Assembly: GCA_963827475.1 (NCBI GenBank)
Contig: CAWHAZ010000004.1
Location: 64,001-128,000, forward strand
Direction: 5' to 3'
DNA from: an uncultured Chloroflexia bacterium
GTDB lineage: Bacteria > Chloroflexota > Limnocylindria > QHBO01
Length of the DNA stretch: 64,000 nt
The translations under genes and the position numbers were made by a program. Shown piece by piece: positions 32,160-44,615 of this stretch. The notes below the pieces were generated by a model. That model saw only the letters and a list, made by a program, of their open reading frames with translations. It was not told the origin of the DNA and searched no databases. Numbering within the stretch: position 1 is the first letter of the stretch; each line of letters starts with the position of its first letter.

Positions 32160-33323
32160 GGGAGCCCAGCCGCCTACCGATGCCGATGCCGCGTGCGAGG
32201 CGCGCGGCGGCGTTGGCCAGCAGCCGCTCGGTGTCGGCCATCGCCGTCTCGAGGTCGGTGGGGCGATCGACGATGGGCTGGACCACGGCAAACACGCCGG
32301 AGGCCTCGACGATCTCCGCTCCGGGACCGAGTCCCCCGCACAGGAGCAGCACCGGCGCGCGACCCGCGTGGTGGGCCACGCCGAGGGCCGCCTTGCCGGC
32401 CAGGGTCTGCTCGTCGGCGCGGCCCTCGCCGGTGATGACGATGTCCGCGCCCTCGCACGCCGCTGCCAGGCCAACCAGCTCGGCCACGACCTCGACCCCG
32501 GGCCGGACCTGCGCGTGGGTGAACCCCAGCAGGCCGGCGGTCGTGCCGCCCGCGGCCCCCGCGCCGGGCACGTCGACCACGTCCCGGCCCGTGGCCCGGC
32601 GGATCTCGGCACCCCATCGGCCAAGCGAGCCATCGAGCTCGGCCACCGCCGCCGGGTCGGCGCCCTTCTGCGGGGAGAACGAGGCGGCCGCTCCCCGAGG
32701 TCCGACCAGGGGGCTGGTCACGTCCGACGCGATGACGAGCTCGACCGCGTCGAGTCGCGGGTCGAGCGTGTCGGTCTCGACATGGTCCACGGCGGCGAGC
32801 GCCGCGCCGCCGTCGGCGATGGCCTCGCCTCGGGCGTCGAGCAGGCGCAATCCAAGCTCGGCCAGCAGCCCCGACCCGCCGTCCGTGGTCGCCGACCCGC
32901 CGAGACCGATGACCAGGCGCGTGACCCCGGCGTCCAGCGCGGAGCGGATGACCAGGCCCGTCCCCCGGGTCGAGGCCACGCGCGCGATGGCGGGGGTCCG
33001 CTCGGACGGGGCGAGGTGGGCCAGGCCGCTGGCGGCGGCCATCTCGACGAAGGCGGTGGCTCCGTCGTCGAGGGCGAGCCAGTCGGCGGTGATGTCGCGG
33101 CCCAGCGGGTCGACGGTCCCGACCGACCGTCGGTCGATGCCGTCCCCCATCGCGGCCGCGATCGCGGCCAGGGTCCCCTCGCCGCCGTCGGCCATCGGGA
33201 TCATGACGATCTCGTCGTCAGGACGGGCTGACGCCCAGCCGCGGGCCATGGCCGCCGCGACGGCCACCGAGTCGAGCGCGCCACCGAACGAGTCGGGAGC
33301 CACGACCACCCGCAGGGCGGGGC

Positions 33324-33327
<4 letters not shown>
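32146..33327 (-). CDS. glxK: Glycerate kinase (GlxK/GarK family)
   Basis: VAPDSFGG, PMADGGEGT, EMAAASGL, LGGSATTDGG, GAGAAGG and TGEGRADEQT. Confidence 0.9.
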
Positions 33328-35257
<1,930 letters not shown>

Positions 35258-35258
<1 letters not shown>

Positions 35259-36544
35259 CAGGCTTCGCCCGACGCCTGAGCCTGCCACGCCCGCACCAGC
35301 CAGGGCTTGAGGTCCTCGAACTCGCGGGCCTGGCCTTCGACCAGTCGTTCGGCCTGCTCATCGGTCATCTCGCGAGCCTCGCTGATGAAGCCCGCGGTCC
35401 GTCCGAAGTAGAGGCCGGTGAGCCCGGCCAGCAGCGCCTCGCGGTCGGTGCCCGGCCGCTGGAAGGCCAGGAGCGCGTCGTACAGGCAGCGGATCCACAG
35501 CTCGGATGGGAACCCGAACGCCTCGGCCGACTCGGCGGGAAGGGTGAGCACCCGCTCGAGCTGCTCGCCGCCGAGGATGCGCTTCCACACCGCCGCCTGG
35601 GCCAGGCGGGCGGTCTCGAACGCGTCGACGAGCTTCAACTGGTTGACCGTGATCGGCTCCGGCAGAACCACCCGCTCGAAGCCGTATTCGGGCACCGGTT
35701 GCGAGCCCCGGATCGGGAGCCACGTCTCGGCCTGCTCCCCGGCCATCCGGAACAGGGTCCCCACCACCTGGCGGAACATCGGCCCCAGGTCGGACGCGGG
35801 GTCCTTCGGGTCGTGGATCTTGGCCCCCAGGCGGGTCTGGCACACCGCGTAGCCACCGGCCAGGGCGTGATGGGTCATCCACACGTCGATCCCGAAGCGG
35901 GCCGTCGCGTCGTCCCAGTCGGGGTACTCCAGCAGGGCGTGGACCAGGTCACGGCTGATCGCGAACTCGCCGCCGATGGGCTGACGGATCCGGCGGCCGT
36001 ACAGGGACCGGGTCAGCGGGAACGCGATGTTGTTCGTGATCGTGCCGTCGAACTTGTGCCGGGCGTAGAGCGGCGCGACGTAGTCGTAGCCGCCCTTGAG
36101 GATCGGGCCGGCCAGGAGCTCGATCCACTCCGGCACGATGGAGCGCAGGTCGGAGTCGACGAGCACAAGAGCCTCGACCTTCAGCTCACGCGCCACCTCG
36201 AGCAGCGCTCGCACCGCCGATCCCTTGCCGTTGGTGCCTCGGTAGGTCACCGCCATCCGTCGGAGTCGATGCGGCGGACGGACGAGGATCATCCGCTCGA
36301 TGTACTCGGGGCTCTCGGTGCTGACCGCGACCCTGGGGGTGTCGTCCTCCGAGCCGCCGTCGGCGTTGACCAGGACCGGCTTCAGGTCGGGGAAGTACTG
36401 GACCATGCCGGCCATCGCCGCCCGGACGACGTAGCCGATGGTCTCGGCGTTGCCGAAGCTCGGAATCCCGACCATGAGGTCCGCTTGGCCGACCCCACGC
36501 ACCGCGGACCGACCGCGCGCATCGAGGGCGGAGGGGACGCTCAC
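35258..36544 (-). CDS. Glucosylglycerate/mannosylglycerate synthase-like glycosyltransferase
   Basis: VGIPSFGNAETI, DGGSEDDT, GKGSA, VDSDLRSI, YARHKFDGTITN, RQPIGGEF and FGIDVWMT. Confidence 0.78.
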
Positions 36545-37257
36545 CGCCGGATCTCGTGCTTGCGACGTCCCTTCCAGAACAGCCCCTGAACGCCCGGCGC
36601 GCGATCGGACTCGATCGTGATGATGATCCAGTCAGGGCTCACCGTCCCCGGCTGGTAGCGGGAGTTGGCGTGCTTCACCACCGCCCGGCTGAAGCCGTTC
36701 TCCCGCCAGGCGTGGAACCACGAGCCGACCGGCATCCGGACCGATGGGGTGACTCGCAACCGGACCCCCTCGTTGATCAGGCCGCCGAGCAGCCGGCGCC
36801 GCTCGGCGAAGGGCAGGTCGCCGAGGTTCTGACCATCCAGCTCGAGGACGTCCACCACGACGAAGGCTCGTCGCGTCTCGAGCTCCTCGGGCGCCGGCAG
36901 GACCTCCGGCGGATCGGAGGCTTCCTCCGCCTCCTCGGCGATGGCCTCGGCCCAGCGTTCGGCGGCCGAGCCGTGGCCGAGGAACGGCTGCGCGGTCCAG
37001 ATCCCGTCCAGGATCGCCTGGTCCGCGTCCACCGACGTGGCCAGCACCTGGGCCAGGTCGCGGTAGAAGTCGTCCACCGCGTTTCCCTGGGCATCGGTCA
37101 GCGATACCCGGTCTCCGGAGATCCGCGCCATCAGCCGGTCGCCGATCCAGTACGGCTCGAAGAACCAGTGCGGGCTGTTGATCCCCACCTTCGCTTCCGC
37201 GGCGAACTGGGGCAGGATGGCGTTCGGGTTGACGGGCGCGGTGGTCGGCTCCGTCAT
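36541..37257 (-). CDS. ATP-dependent DNA ligase adenylation-domain homolog lacking catalytic motifs
   Basis: FEPYWIGDR (motif I position), ILDG, DVLELDGQNLGDLPFAERRRLL and VKHANSRYQPG..DW; no OB domain. Confidence 0.65.
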   Translation of the reverse strand: MTEPTTAPVNPNAILPQFAAEAKVGINSPHWFFEPYWIGDRLMARISGDRVSLTDAQGNAVDDFYRDLAQVLATSVDADQAILDGIWTAQPFLGHGSAAERWAEAIAEEAEEASDPPEVLPAPEELETRRAFVVVDVLELDGQNLGDLPFAERRRLLGGLINEGVRLRVTPSVRMPVGSWFHAWRENGFSRAVVKHANSRYQPGTVSPDWIIITIESDRAPGVQGLFWKGRRKHEIRR

Positions 37258-38534
37258 CGGTACAGGTTGAGCTCCCCTTCCTCCACCTCGACGCCCACCT
37301 CGGCCTTGATCGCCTGCCAGGCGTCGAGATCCCACTCGGCCACGAAGGTGATCGCGGTCCCGGTGCGGCCGGCGCGCCCGGTCCGCCCCACGCGGTGGAT
37401 GTAGGTGTCGGCGTCCTCGGGGATGTCGTAGCTCAGCACGTAGGGCAGGTCGACGATGTCGAGCCCGCGGCTGGCGACGTTGGTCGCGACCAGGAACTGG
37501 ATGGCGCCGGCCTTGAAGGCGGCCAGCGTCCGCTCCCGGTCGCGCTGCGACAGCCCGCCGTGGAGCGCGGCGACGTTCCGGCCGCGCCGCTTCAGCGAGG
37601 TGGTCAGGCGGTCGACCCCGATCTGGGTGTGCCGGAAGACGAGCAGGCGATCGAAGCCGAACGTGTCGGCCAGCTCGACCAGGGCGGCGGCCTTGTCCTG
37701 CTCGGCGACGAAGTACACCAGCTGCCGGGTCGTCGCCACCGTCCGCAGCTCCGGCCGGACGGAGATGTGCTCGGCGTCCCGGCGCATGAACCGGTCGCAG
37801 ATGCGGAGGATGGCGTACGGCATCGTCGCGCTGAACAGCGCGGTCTGCCGCTGCCGCGGGCAGCGGGCCAGGATCGTCTCGACGTCGACGATGAAGCCCA
37901 TGTCGAGCATCCGATCGGCCTCGTCGAGGATCACGATCCGGACCGCATCCAGCCGCAGCTCGCGTCGGCGAATGAGGTCGAGGACGCGGCCGGGGGTGCC
38001 GACCACGACCTGCGTGCCCCGATGGAGCGCGTTGATCTGGCGATCCATGGCCGCGCCGCCGTAGATCGCCACCGTCTTGACGTTTCGGAGGCGGCCGATG
38101 CGCCCGATCTCGTCGGTCACCTGCTGGCACAGCTCGCGGGTGGGGGTCAGGACCAGCGCCTGGACCGATGGGTTGGCCGGATCCACCTGCTCGACGATCG
38201 GGATGCCAAAGGCCGCGGTCTTGCCCGTCCCCGTCTGGGCCTGACCGATGAGATCGCGCCCGGCCCGAAGCGGGGGGATGGACCGGGCCTGGACCTCGGT
38301 CGGGGTGACGTAGCCCATCTGCTCGAGGGCCCTGGCGATGGTGACCGGGACCTCGATCTCGCCGAACCGGTAGCCGGACGCGGCGGCCAGGACGGCGGCC
38401 GTGAGGGCATCGTCGGCGGGTGACGATGGCTCGGTGGGCGGGTCGACGGGGACGGGCTGGCGGCCGTCAGAGGCGGGCGAACGAGATGAGCGGCGGCGGG
38501 TTCGGCGACGGGGTGCGGTGGGAGTTGGCGGCAA
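37254..38534 (-). CDS. DEAD-box RNA helicase, probable TTG start
   Basis: PTEVQ, AQTGTGKT, PTREL, TPGRV, DEADRM, SAT and YIHRVGRTGRAG. Confidence 0.93.
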   Translation of the reverse strand: MPPTPTAPRRRTRRRSSRSPASDGRQPVPVDPPTEPSSPADDALTAAVLAAASGYRFGEIEVPVTIARALEQMGYVTPTEVQARSIPPLRAGRDLIGQAQTGTGKTAAFGIPIVEQVDPANPSVQALVLTPTRELCQQVTDEIGRIGRLRNVKTVAIYGGAAMDRQINALHRGTQVVVGTPGRVLDLIRRRELRLDAVRIVILDEADRMLDMGFIVDVETILARCPRQRQTALFSATMPYAILRICDRFMRRDAEHISVRPELRTVATTRQLVYFVAEQDKAAALVELADTFGFDRLLVFRHTQIGVDRLTTSLKRRGRNVAALHGGLSQRDRERTLAAFKAGAIQFLVATNVASRGLDIVDLPYVLSYDIPEDADTYIHRVGRTGRAGRTGTAITFVAEWDLDAWQAIKAEVGVEVEEGELNLYR

Positions 38535-38597
38535 ACAGGGCTCCGAGATGCTGTGAAATGTGGTGCGGTCGGATCGTAGCACGGCGACCCGGCAACC

Positions 38598-38635
38598 TTG
38601 ACCAGGGCTCCTGATCCGGTTGATACTGTGTCTCA
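38598..38635 (+). promoter_or_regulatory. Promoter with overlapping Fur/Zur-type box
   Basis: TTGACC-N18-GATACT; imperfect 7-1-7 palindrome TGATACTGTGTCTCA (38621-38635) directly upstream of the ZIP-Fur pair. Confidence 0.6.
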
Positions 38636-38638
38636 GGT

Positions 38639-39385
38639 ATGCCACCGCTGCTGTGGGCCATGTCCGCCACCGCCGTCCTCTCCGCCCTCACCGGCGGAGT
38701 GATGGCCCTGCGCCTCGTGCGGCAGGTCGGCTACGTCATCGCGGTCGGGGCCGGTATCCGGATCGGAGCGGCCTTCTTCGACCTCCTGCCGGAGTCGGTC
38801 GAGCTCATGGGCGGGCGCACGACGCTGGCGATGGCGTTCGCGGCGGTCGGGTTCCTCGCCTTCTACGTCATCGAGAAGGTCACCCTCCTCCACCTCGGCC
38901 ACGAGACAGCCACCGAGCTGGACCATGACGACGCCGCCCATCGCCACGTCGGCCTGATCGGGGCCGGGGCCATGTCGGTCCACAGCCTGCTCGACGGGGT
39001 GGCCATGGCGGCCGCCTTCCAGGCCAGCCCCGAGCTCGGTTTCGTGGTCGGCCTGGTCGTCGTGATCCACCGCTTCAGCGACGGGATCGGGATCGTCAGC
39101 CTGCTGCTGGCCAATCGGGTTCCGCGGTCCGCCGCCATGCGATGGGTCTTCCTCGTCAGCCTGGCCCCGGTCCTCGGGGTTGCGGTCACCGCCTTCTTCG
39201 TGATCCCCGACGAGGTGCTCGGCGCGCTGCTCGCCACGTTCGCCGGTTTCTTCCTGTACGTCGGCGCGGCCGAGCTGCTGCCGGAGGCGCACCGCAACGA
39301 GGGCTCGCGGTGGGTCATCGCCGCAACCCTGGCCGGGGTGGCGGCCATCATGCTCATGAGCGTGGGCCTGGAGCCGCAGCTGTGA
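38639..39385 (+). CDS. ZIP family metal transporter
   Basis: FFDLLPES, His-rich loop, HSLLDG, IHRFSDG and ELLPEAH. Confidence 0.88.
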   Translation: MPPLLWAMSATAVLSALTGGVMALRLVRQVGYVIAVGAGIRIGAAFFDLLPESVELMGGRTTLAMAFAAVGFLAFYVIEKVTLLHLGHETATELDHDDAAHRHVGLIGAGAMSVHSLLDGVAMAAAFQASPELGFVVGLVVVIHRFSDGIGIVSLLLANRVPRSAAMRWVFLVSLAPVLGVAVTAFFVIPDEVLGALLATFAGFFLYVGAAELLPEAHRNEGSRWVIAATLAGVAAIMLMSVGLEPQL

Positions 39386-39837
39386 GCGCCGCCACGGCCC
39401 GCCGCCTGCGGCGGGCGGGTCAGCGGGTCACGAGCCAGCGGCTGGCGGTCGCGGCCGCGCTGTCCGCGTCTCCCCGCCAGGTCACTGCCCAGGAGCTCTG
39501 GGAGCGCATGCGCCCGCGGCACCGACGGCTCGGCCGCGCGACGGTGTTCCGCACCCTCGAGGCGCTCAGCGAAGCGGGCCTCGCCCGCCGCCTGGAGCAG
39601 GACGGCCACGTCTACGCCTACGTCGCGTGCCGACCGCCGCACCACCACCACCTCGCCTGCCGGGTGTGCGGGACGGTGGAGGAGGTCGGGGAGGACCTGG
39701 TGGCGGACCTGTCGCGCCGCGCCCGGCGCGAGCTGGGATTCGAGATCGAGGATGCGCGGCTGGACTTCTACGGGGTCTGTCGCCGCTGCACGGCCGACGC
39801 GGCCGCGGCCGGCGGGACCGCGACGGGCAGCAGCTAG
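39382..39837 (+). CDS. Fur family transcriptional regulator (Zur-like)
   Basis: RVTSQR, ATVFRTL, HHHHLACRVCG and YGVCRRC. Confidence 0.9.
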   Translation: MSAATARRLRRAGQRVTSQRLAVAAALSASPRQVTAQELWERMRPRHRRLGRATVFRTLEALSEAGLARRLEQDGHVYAYVACRPPHHHHLACRVCGTVEEVGEDLVADLSRRARRELGFEIEDARLDFYGVCRRCTADAAAAGGTATGSS

Positions 39838-40967
39838 CCCCTGACCGGGACCGCGACTCGCTCCGATCGGGGTGCGGGTTCGCCGTCAGCCGCTGCCGAG
39901 CCGTCGTCGGCATCGGTCCCACGACCGCCCGCATCCGCGGGCCCGCCGGATCGTCCGTGGTGGCGCGGGGCCCGCGGCTTGCGCTTCGCGTAGCCGGTGG
40001 GGTGCGACAGCTTCCAGGCCCACGCATCGGCCAGCATCTGCTCGAGGGAGGACTCGCGCGGCGACCAGCCGAGGTCACGGCGCGCTCGCCGGGACGAGGC
40101 CACCAGCCGGGGCGGGTCGCCGGAGCGGCGGCGGACGACGCGGGCCGGGATCGCCCGCCCGGTGACCTTGCGGGCGGCCTCGATCACCTCGCGCACGGAG
40201 AATCCCGCGGCCGAACCGAGGTTGTAGACCTCGAACGAGGGCTCGGCCTCGCCGGTCGCCTCCAGGGCGAGGAGATGGGCGGAGGCCAGGTCGCGCACGT
40301 GGATGAAATCGCGGATGCAGGTCCCGTCCGGGGTGTTGTAGTCCTGGCCGAAGATCCGGACGTCGGGCAGCTCCCCGGCCGCGACCTTCAGGACGAGCGG
40401 GATGATGTGGGTCTCCGGGTCGTGGTCCTCCCCGTTGCGCTCGGTGGCGCCGGCGACGTTGAAGTAGCGCAGGCTGATCGCCCGGAAACCGTGGCACGCC
40501 GCATACCAGCGCATCGCTCCCTCGAACGCGAGCTTCGTCTCGCCGTACGGGTTGATCGGCTCGGTGCGGTCGGCCTCCGCGATCGGCACCCGCTTGGGCT
40601 CGCCGTACACCGCGGCGGTGGAGGAGAACACGATCCGCGGCACGCGCCGCTCGCGCAGGGCCTCGAGCAGCTTGACCCCGTTCGACACGTTCTCGCGGTA
40701 GTACAGCTCCGGGTGCTCCATCGACTCGCTGATCAACGAGCGCGCGGCGCAGTGGAGCACGGCCTGGATGCGGTGCTCGCGGAGCACGCGCTCGACGCGG
40801 TTCTGGTCGGACAGGCTGCCGACGATGAGCCGCGCGCCGCGGATGACCGCGTCGCGGTGCCCGGTCTTCAGGTTGTCGTAGACCGTGACGTCGTGACCGC
40901 CGTCGACGAAGCTCTCGACGCTCGTCGAGCCCACGTACCCTGCGCCACCGACAACCAGAATCCGCAC
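39834..40967 (-). CDS. galE: UDP-glucose 4-epimerase
   Basis: GGAGYVGS, FSSTAAVYG, YGETK, LRYFNVAGA and DGTCIRDFIHV. Confidence 0.92.
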   Translation of the reverse strand: MRILVVGGAGYVGSTSVESFVDGGHDVTVYDNLKTGHRDAVIRGARLIVGSLSDQNRVERVLREHRIQAVLHCAARSLISESMEHPELYYRENVSNGVKLLEALRERRVPRIVFSSTAAVYGEPKRVPIAEADRTEPINPYGETKLAFEGAMRWYAACHGFRAISLRYFNVAGATERNGEDHDPETHIIPLVLKVAAGELPDVRIFGQDYNTPDGTCIRDFIHVRDLASAHLLALEATGEAEPSFEVYNLGSAAGFSVREVIEAARKVTGRAIPARVVRRRSGDPPRLVASSRRARRDLGWSPRESSLEQMLADAWAWKLSHPTGYAKRKPRAPRHHGRSGGPADAGGRGTDADDGSAAADGEPAPRSERVAVPVRG

Positions 40968-41170
40968 GCCTTCAACCCGGCCGCGTCAGGCGACAGACCG
41001 ATGGACGGGCAGGGCAGCCCGTCGGGCACTGACACTCATGCGGGGAGGGCTCCTCCGATGGGTCCGGCCGCCGATTGTAGCAGCGGCCCACGCGCGCTCC
41101 GAGAGTCGTGAACCTCGCCTGTGGTGCGTTGGCGCACCACTCGGTGCATCGGCGCCGTGCCGACCGTGCC

Positions 41171-42539
41171 TCAGGCGGGCGACGAGCCGTGCGCCTCGCG
41201 GGCCAGGCGGAGCAGGGTGTCGCGCTCGTTCCGCCGCGGATCGTCGAGGGCGGCTTGCAGAAGGAGGTCGAGGAGGCGACCGACCTCCGGGCCGGGCTCC
41301 ACGCCGAGCTCCCGCATCAGGTCGGTGCCATCGACCGCCAGCTCCGAGACGCTGAGCACGGCCGTCGAGGCGAGGGCGGCGACCCGTGCCTCGAGCTCGG
41401 CTGCGGCCGCGTCGCGGGCCTCCGGGCCGGCGGACGCGGCGGTGTCCGCCCGGCGCAGCGCGAACAGGTCGGTCATCGACCGGCCCGGCCCGATGCGGCG
41501 GATGAAGCGCCGGACGGCGGCATCGGTCCAATCCGGGCTGTACAGGATCATGTGGTGGCGGACCAGGTGGGTGACACGCTCGATGTCCGCCCGGGGCAGG
41601 GCGAGGGCGTCGAGCCGCTGTCCCACGAGCTCGGCCCCGACGGCTCTCATGACCGATGAAATGGCCGTCGGCACCGGTGCGCGCCTTGCCCACGTCGTGC
41701 AGCAGTCCGGCAAGGCGCAGCGTCGGGTCGGTGGCCGGGAGCGCGTCCGCGGCCCGCAGGGAGTGGTCCAGCGCATCGCCCCCGAGCAGCTTTCCCTGCT
41801 CCACCCCGCGCAGGGCGGCGAGCTCGGGGAGGATCACGGCCAGGATCGCGAGCCGCTCCATGAGCAGGAACGCGGGCGCCGTCGCCCCGTCGAAGGCCAG
41901 GAGGCGGAGCAGCTCATCACGAATCCGCTCCCCGGAGAGGCGTCCCGCGGCATCGGCCAGGCGGGCCATGGCCGCCTCGGTCGCCGGGTCGAGGCGCAGG
42001 CCGAGGGTCGTCGTGAACCGCACGCCGCGCAGAAGGCGCAGGGCGTCCTCGGTGAAGCGTTGCTCCGGGTCTCCCACCGCGCGGAGGAGCCCGGTGGCGA
42101 GATCCTCCCGGCCGCCGAACGGGTCGACGAGGTGGCCCCGGCCCGCATCGAGGTCATCGGGAACCCAGGCCATGGCGTTGATCGTGAAGTCGCGGCGGCC
42201 GAGGTCATCGGTCAGCTCGGTCGCCCAGCGGACCTCGTCGGGCCGCCGGCCGTCGGTGTAGCCCGACTCCGAGCGGTAGGTCGTGACCTCCACGTCCATC
42301 GGTCCGGAGCGAACCGTGACCGTCCCGAAGATGTTCGTCCAGGTCGTGTCGGGGAAGAGGCCGGCCACCGTCTCGGGGGGCGCGGCCGTCGCTACGTCCC
42401 AGTCGTCCGGGTGGAGGCCGCGGACGAGGTCGCGGACGCAGCCTCCGACCAGCGCGGCCTGGTGGCCGGCGGCAGCGAGGGTCTTCAGGACGGTGGCGAC
42501 GTCAGCGGGGAGCGCCAGCGTCCCCAGGTCGGAGCTCAG
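41171..42539 (-). CDS. cca: CCA tRNA nucleotidyltransferase with HD domain; indel near 41646; start uncertain
   Basis: VGGCVRD, DWDVAT, RRDFTINAM, EDALRLLR, ERIRDEL and LLHDVGK. Confidence 0.85.
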
Positions 42540-43063
42540 GTCCGTGAGGGCTCGTCCACGAACAGGAACGTCCGCCACGCATCGTTCCGCTCATCGGTCA
42601 GGTAGGAGCCGTACAGGTAGCGCGCGTCGGCGCGTGGGGCGCGCGGCTCGCGGCGGAGGAACATGTGCGTCTCGGCCAGCGTCTTCGACCCCTTTCGGTG
42701 GTTGCAGCGCCGGCAGGCGGCGACGAGGTTCTCCCATTCGTGGCGGCCGCCGCGGTGGCGGGGAACGACGTGGTCGATGGTCAGGTCGTGGGTCACCGTC
42801 CCGCAGTACTGGCACGTGTGCCGGTCCCGGGCGAAGACCTCGCGCCGGCTGAGCTTGACCCGTGGCTGGGGGCGCTTCACGAGGTACACGAGGCGGATGA
42901 CCGATGGCGCCTCGTAGGCTCGGGTCACGGTGTGGATGACCTGGTGGTTGCGCGCGATGAGCTCCGCCTTCTCCGCGCCGAGCAGCCGGAAGGCACGCCT
43001 GATGTCACAGACGTTGAGCGCTTCGTAGTTCTGATTGAGGACCAGGACCGGTGCGTTGAGCAA
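42536..43063 (-). CDS. HNH endonuclease (stand-alone McrA-like family)
   Basis: [45 protein letters not shown]. Confidence 0.88.
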   Translation of the reverse strand: MLNAPVLVLNQNYEALNVCDIRRAFRLLGAEKAELIARNHQVIHTVTRAYEAPSVIRLVYLVKRPQPRVKLSRREVFARDRHTCQYCGTVTHDLTIDHVVPRHRGGRHEWENLVAACRRCNHRKGSKTLAETHMFLRREPRAPRADARYLYGSYLTDERNDAWRTFLFVDEPSRT

Positions 43064-43084
43064 TCTCCGCCTCCAGTGGCCGCG

Positions 43085-43104
43085 ATCATAGCCGAGCGTA
43101 CAAT
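43085..43104. promoter_or_regulatory. Back-to-back -10 elements for HNH (minus) and pdxS (plus)
   Basis: TATGAT on the minus strand (43085-43090) and TACAAT on the plus strand (43099-43104) in a 50-nt divergent gap. Confidence 0.55.
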
Positions 43105-43113
43105 GCGGGCCTC

Positions 43114-44016
43114 ATGACGACCATCGAGCAGCCCCCGCAAACCTCGACCTGGGCCACCAAGGTCGGGCTGGCCCGCATGCTCGCCGGCGGGGTGATCATG
43201 GACGTCGTCACCGCCGACCACGCCCGCATCGCGGAGGAGGCCGGGGCGGTGGCGGTGATGGCCCTCGAGCGGGTCCCGTCCGACATCCGCAAGCACGGCG
43301 GCGTGGCCCGCATGAGCGACCCGAAGCTGATCGAGGAGATCAAGCAGGCGGTGACCATCCCGGTCATGGCCAAGTGCCGGATCGGGCACTTCGTCGAGGC
43401 CCAGATCCTCCAGTCGCTGGAGGTGGACTACATCGACGAGTCGGAGGTCCTCACCCCGGCCGACGAGGCGCACCACATCGACAAGCACCAGTTCGCCGTC
43501 CCGTTCGTGTGTGGCTGCCGCGACCTCGGGGAGGCGCTCCGGCGGATCGGCGAGGGGGCGGCCATGATCCGGACCAAGGGCGAGGCGGGGACCGGGAACA
43601 TCGTCGAGGCGGTGCGCCACATGCGGGCCGTGCGGTCGGGAATCGCCCAGCTGCGCGCGATGCGCGAGGACGAGCTGTTCGCGGCCGCCAAGGAGCTCCG
43701 CGCCCCGCTCGAGGTGGTCCGCCAGGTGGCGGAGATGGGCGAGCTGCCGGTCCCGAACTTCAGCGCCGGCGGTGTCGCGACCCCGGCCGACGCGGCGCTC
43801 ATGCGCCAGCTCGGGGCGGAAGCCGTGTTCGTGGGCAGCGGAATCTTCAAGTCGGAGCACCCCGAGAAGGTCGCCAAGGCCGTGGTCAAGGCCACCACCC
43901 ATTACGACAACCCCGACATCCTGGCCGAGGTCAGCGCGGGCCTGGGTGAGCCGATGCGGGGCCTGGAGCTGGCCGAGATTCCCGACCAGGAGCGGCTGGC
44001 CTCCCGGGGTTGGTAG
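43114..44016 (+). CDS. pdxS: Pyridoxal 5'-phosphate synthase lyase subunit
   Basis: [34 protein letters not shown] and [12 protein letters not shown]. Confidence 0.96.
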   Translation: MTTIEQPPQTSTWATKVGLARMLAGGVIMDVVTADHARIAEEAGAVAVMALERVPSDIRKHGGVARMSDPKLIEEIKQAVTIPVMAKCRIGHFVEAQILQSLEVDYIDESEVLTPADEAHHIDKHQFAVPFVCGCRDLGEALRRIGEGAAMIRTKGEAGTGNIVEAVRHMRAVRSGIAQLRAMREDELFAAAKELRAPLEVVRQVAEMGELPVPNFSAGGVATPADAALMRQLGAEAVFVGSGIFKSEHPEKVAKAVVKATTHYDNPDILAEVSAGLGEPMRGLELAEIPDQERLASRGW

Positions 44017-44615
44017 ACCGCGATCGCCGACCGCGGATCGGCATCCTCGCCGTGCAGGGGGACGTGGCCGAGCACGCTGCCGCGCTGCGCGACGTCGGGG
44101 CCGAGCCGGTCGAGGTCCGGCTGCCGCGTGACCTGGCCGGCGTCGAGGCCCTGATCCTGCCCGGCGGGGAGTCGACCGCCATGCGGCGGCTGATCGACGG
44201 GTACGGCCTGGCCGAGCCCATCCTCTCCCTGGCCGCCTCCGGCGCACCGCTGTGGGGCACCTGCGCGGGCATGATCCTGCTCGCGCGCCGGATCGCGGAC
44301 GGGGATCCTCCGACCCTCCCCCTGCTGGACATCGAGGTGCGACGCAACGCCTACGGGCGCCAGCTCGACTCGTTCGAGGCCGATCTCGCCGTGCCCTCGC
44401 TGGGCGACGAGCCGATCCACGCGGTCTTCATCCGGGCGCCGGTGGTGACCGATGTCGGTCCGGGCGTCGAGGTGCTGGCGACCGATCCGATGGGCCGCAC
44501 GGTGGCGGTCCGCGAAGGGCGTGTCCTGGCCACCGCGTTCCACCCCGAGCTGACCGGGGACCGTCGCTTCCACCGCGCCCTGCTCGAGCTCATCGGCGCC
44601 GAGGCACGGGCATGA
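44010..44615 (+). CDS. pdxT: PLP synthase glutaminase subunit
   Basis: LAVQGDV, PGGEST, GTCAG, RNAYGRQ, FIRAP and FHPEL. Confidence 0.95.
   Translation: MVDRDRRPRIGILAVQGDVAEHAAALRDVGAEPVEVRLPRDLAGVEALILPGGESTAMRRLIDGYGLAEPILSLAASGAPLWGTCAGMILLARRIADGDPPTLPLLDIEVRRNAYGRQLDSFEADLAVPSLGDEPIHAVFIRAPVVTDVGPGVEVLATDPMGRTVAVREGRVLATAFHPELTGDRRFHRALLELIGAEARA

Noticed and set aside
42536-43063. HNH nuclease as a defence or mobile element
   Set aside because: It belongs to a widespread stand-alone family, is coupled to cca, and has no methylase, cas genes or repeats nearby.
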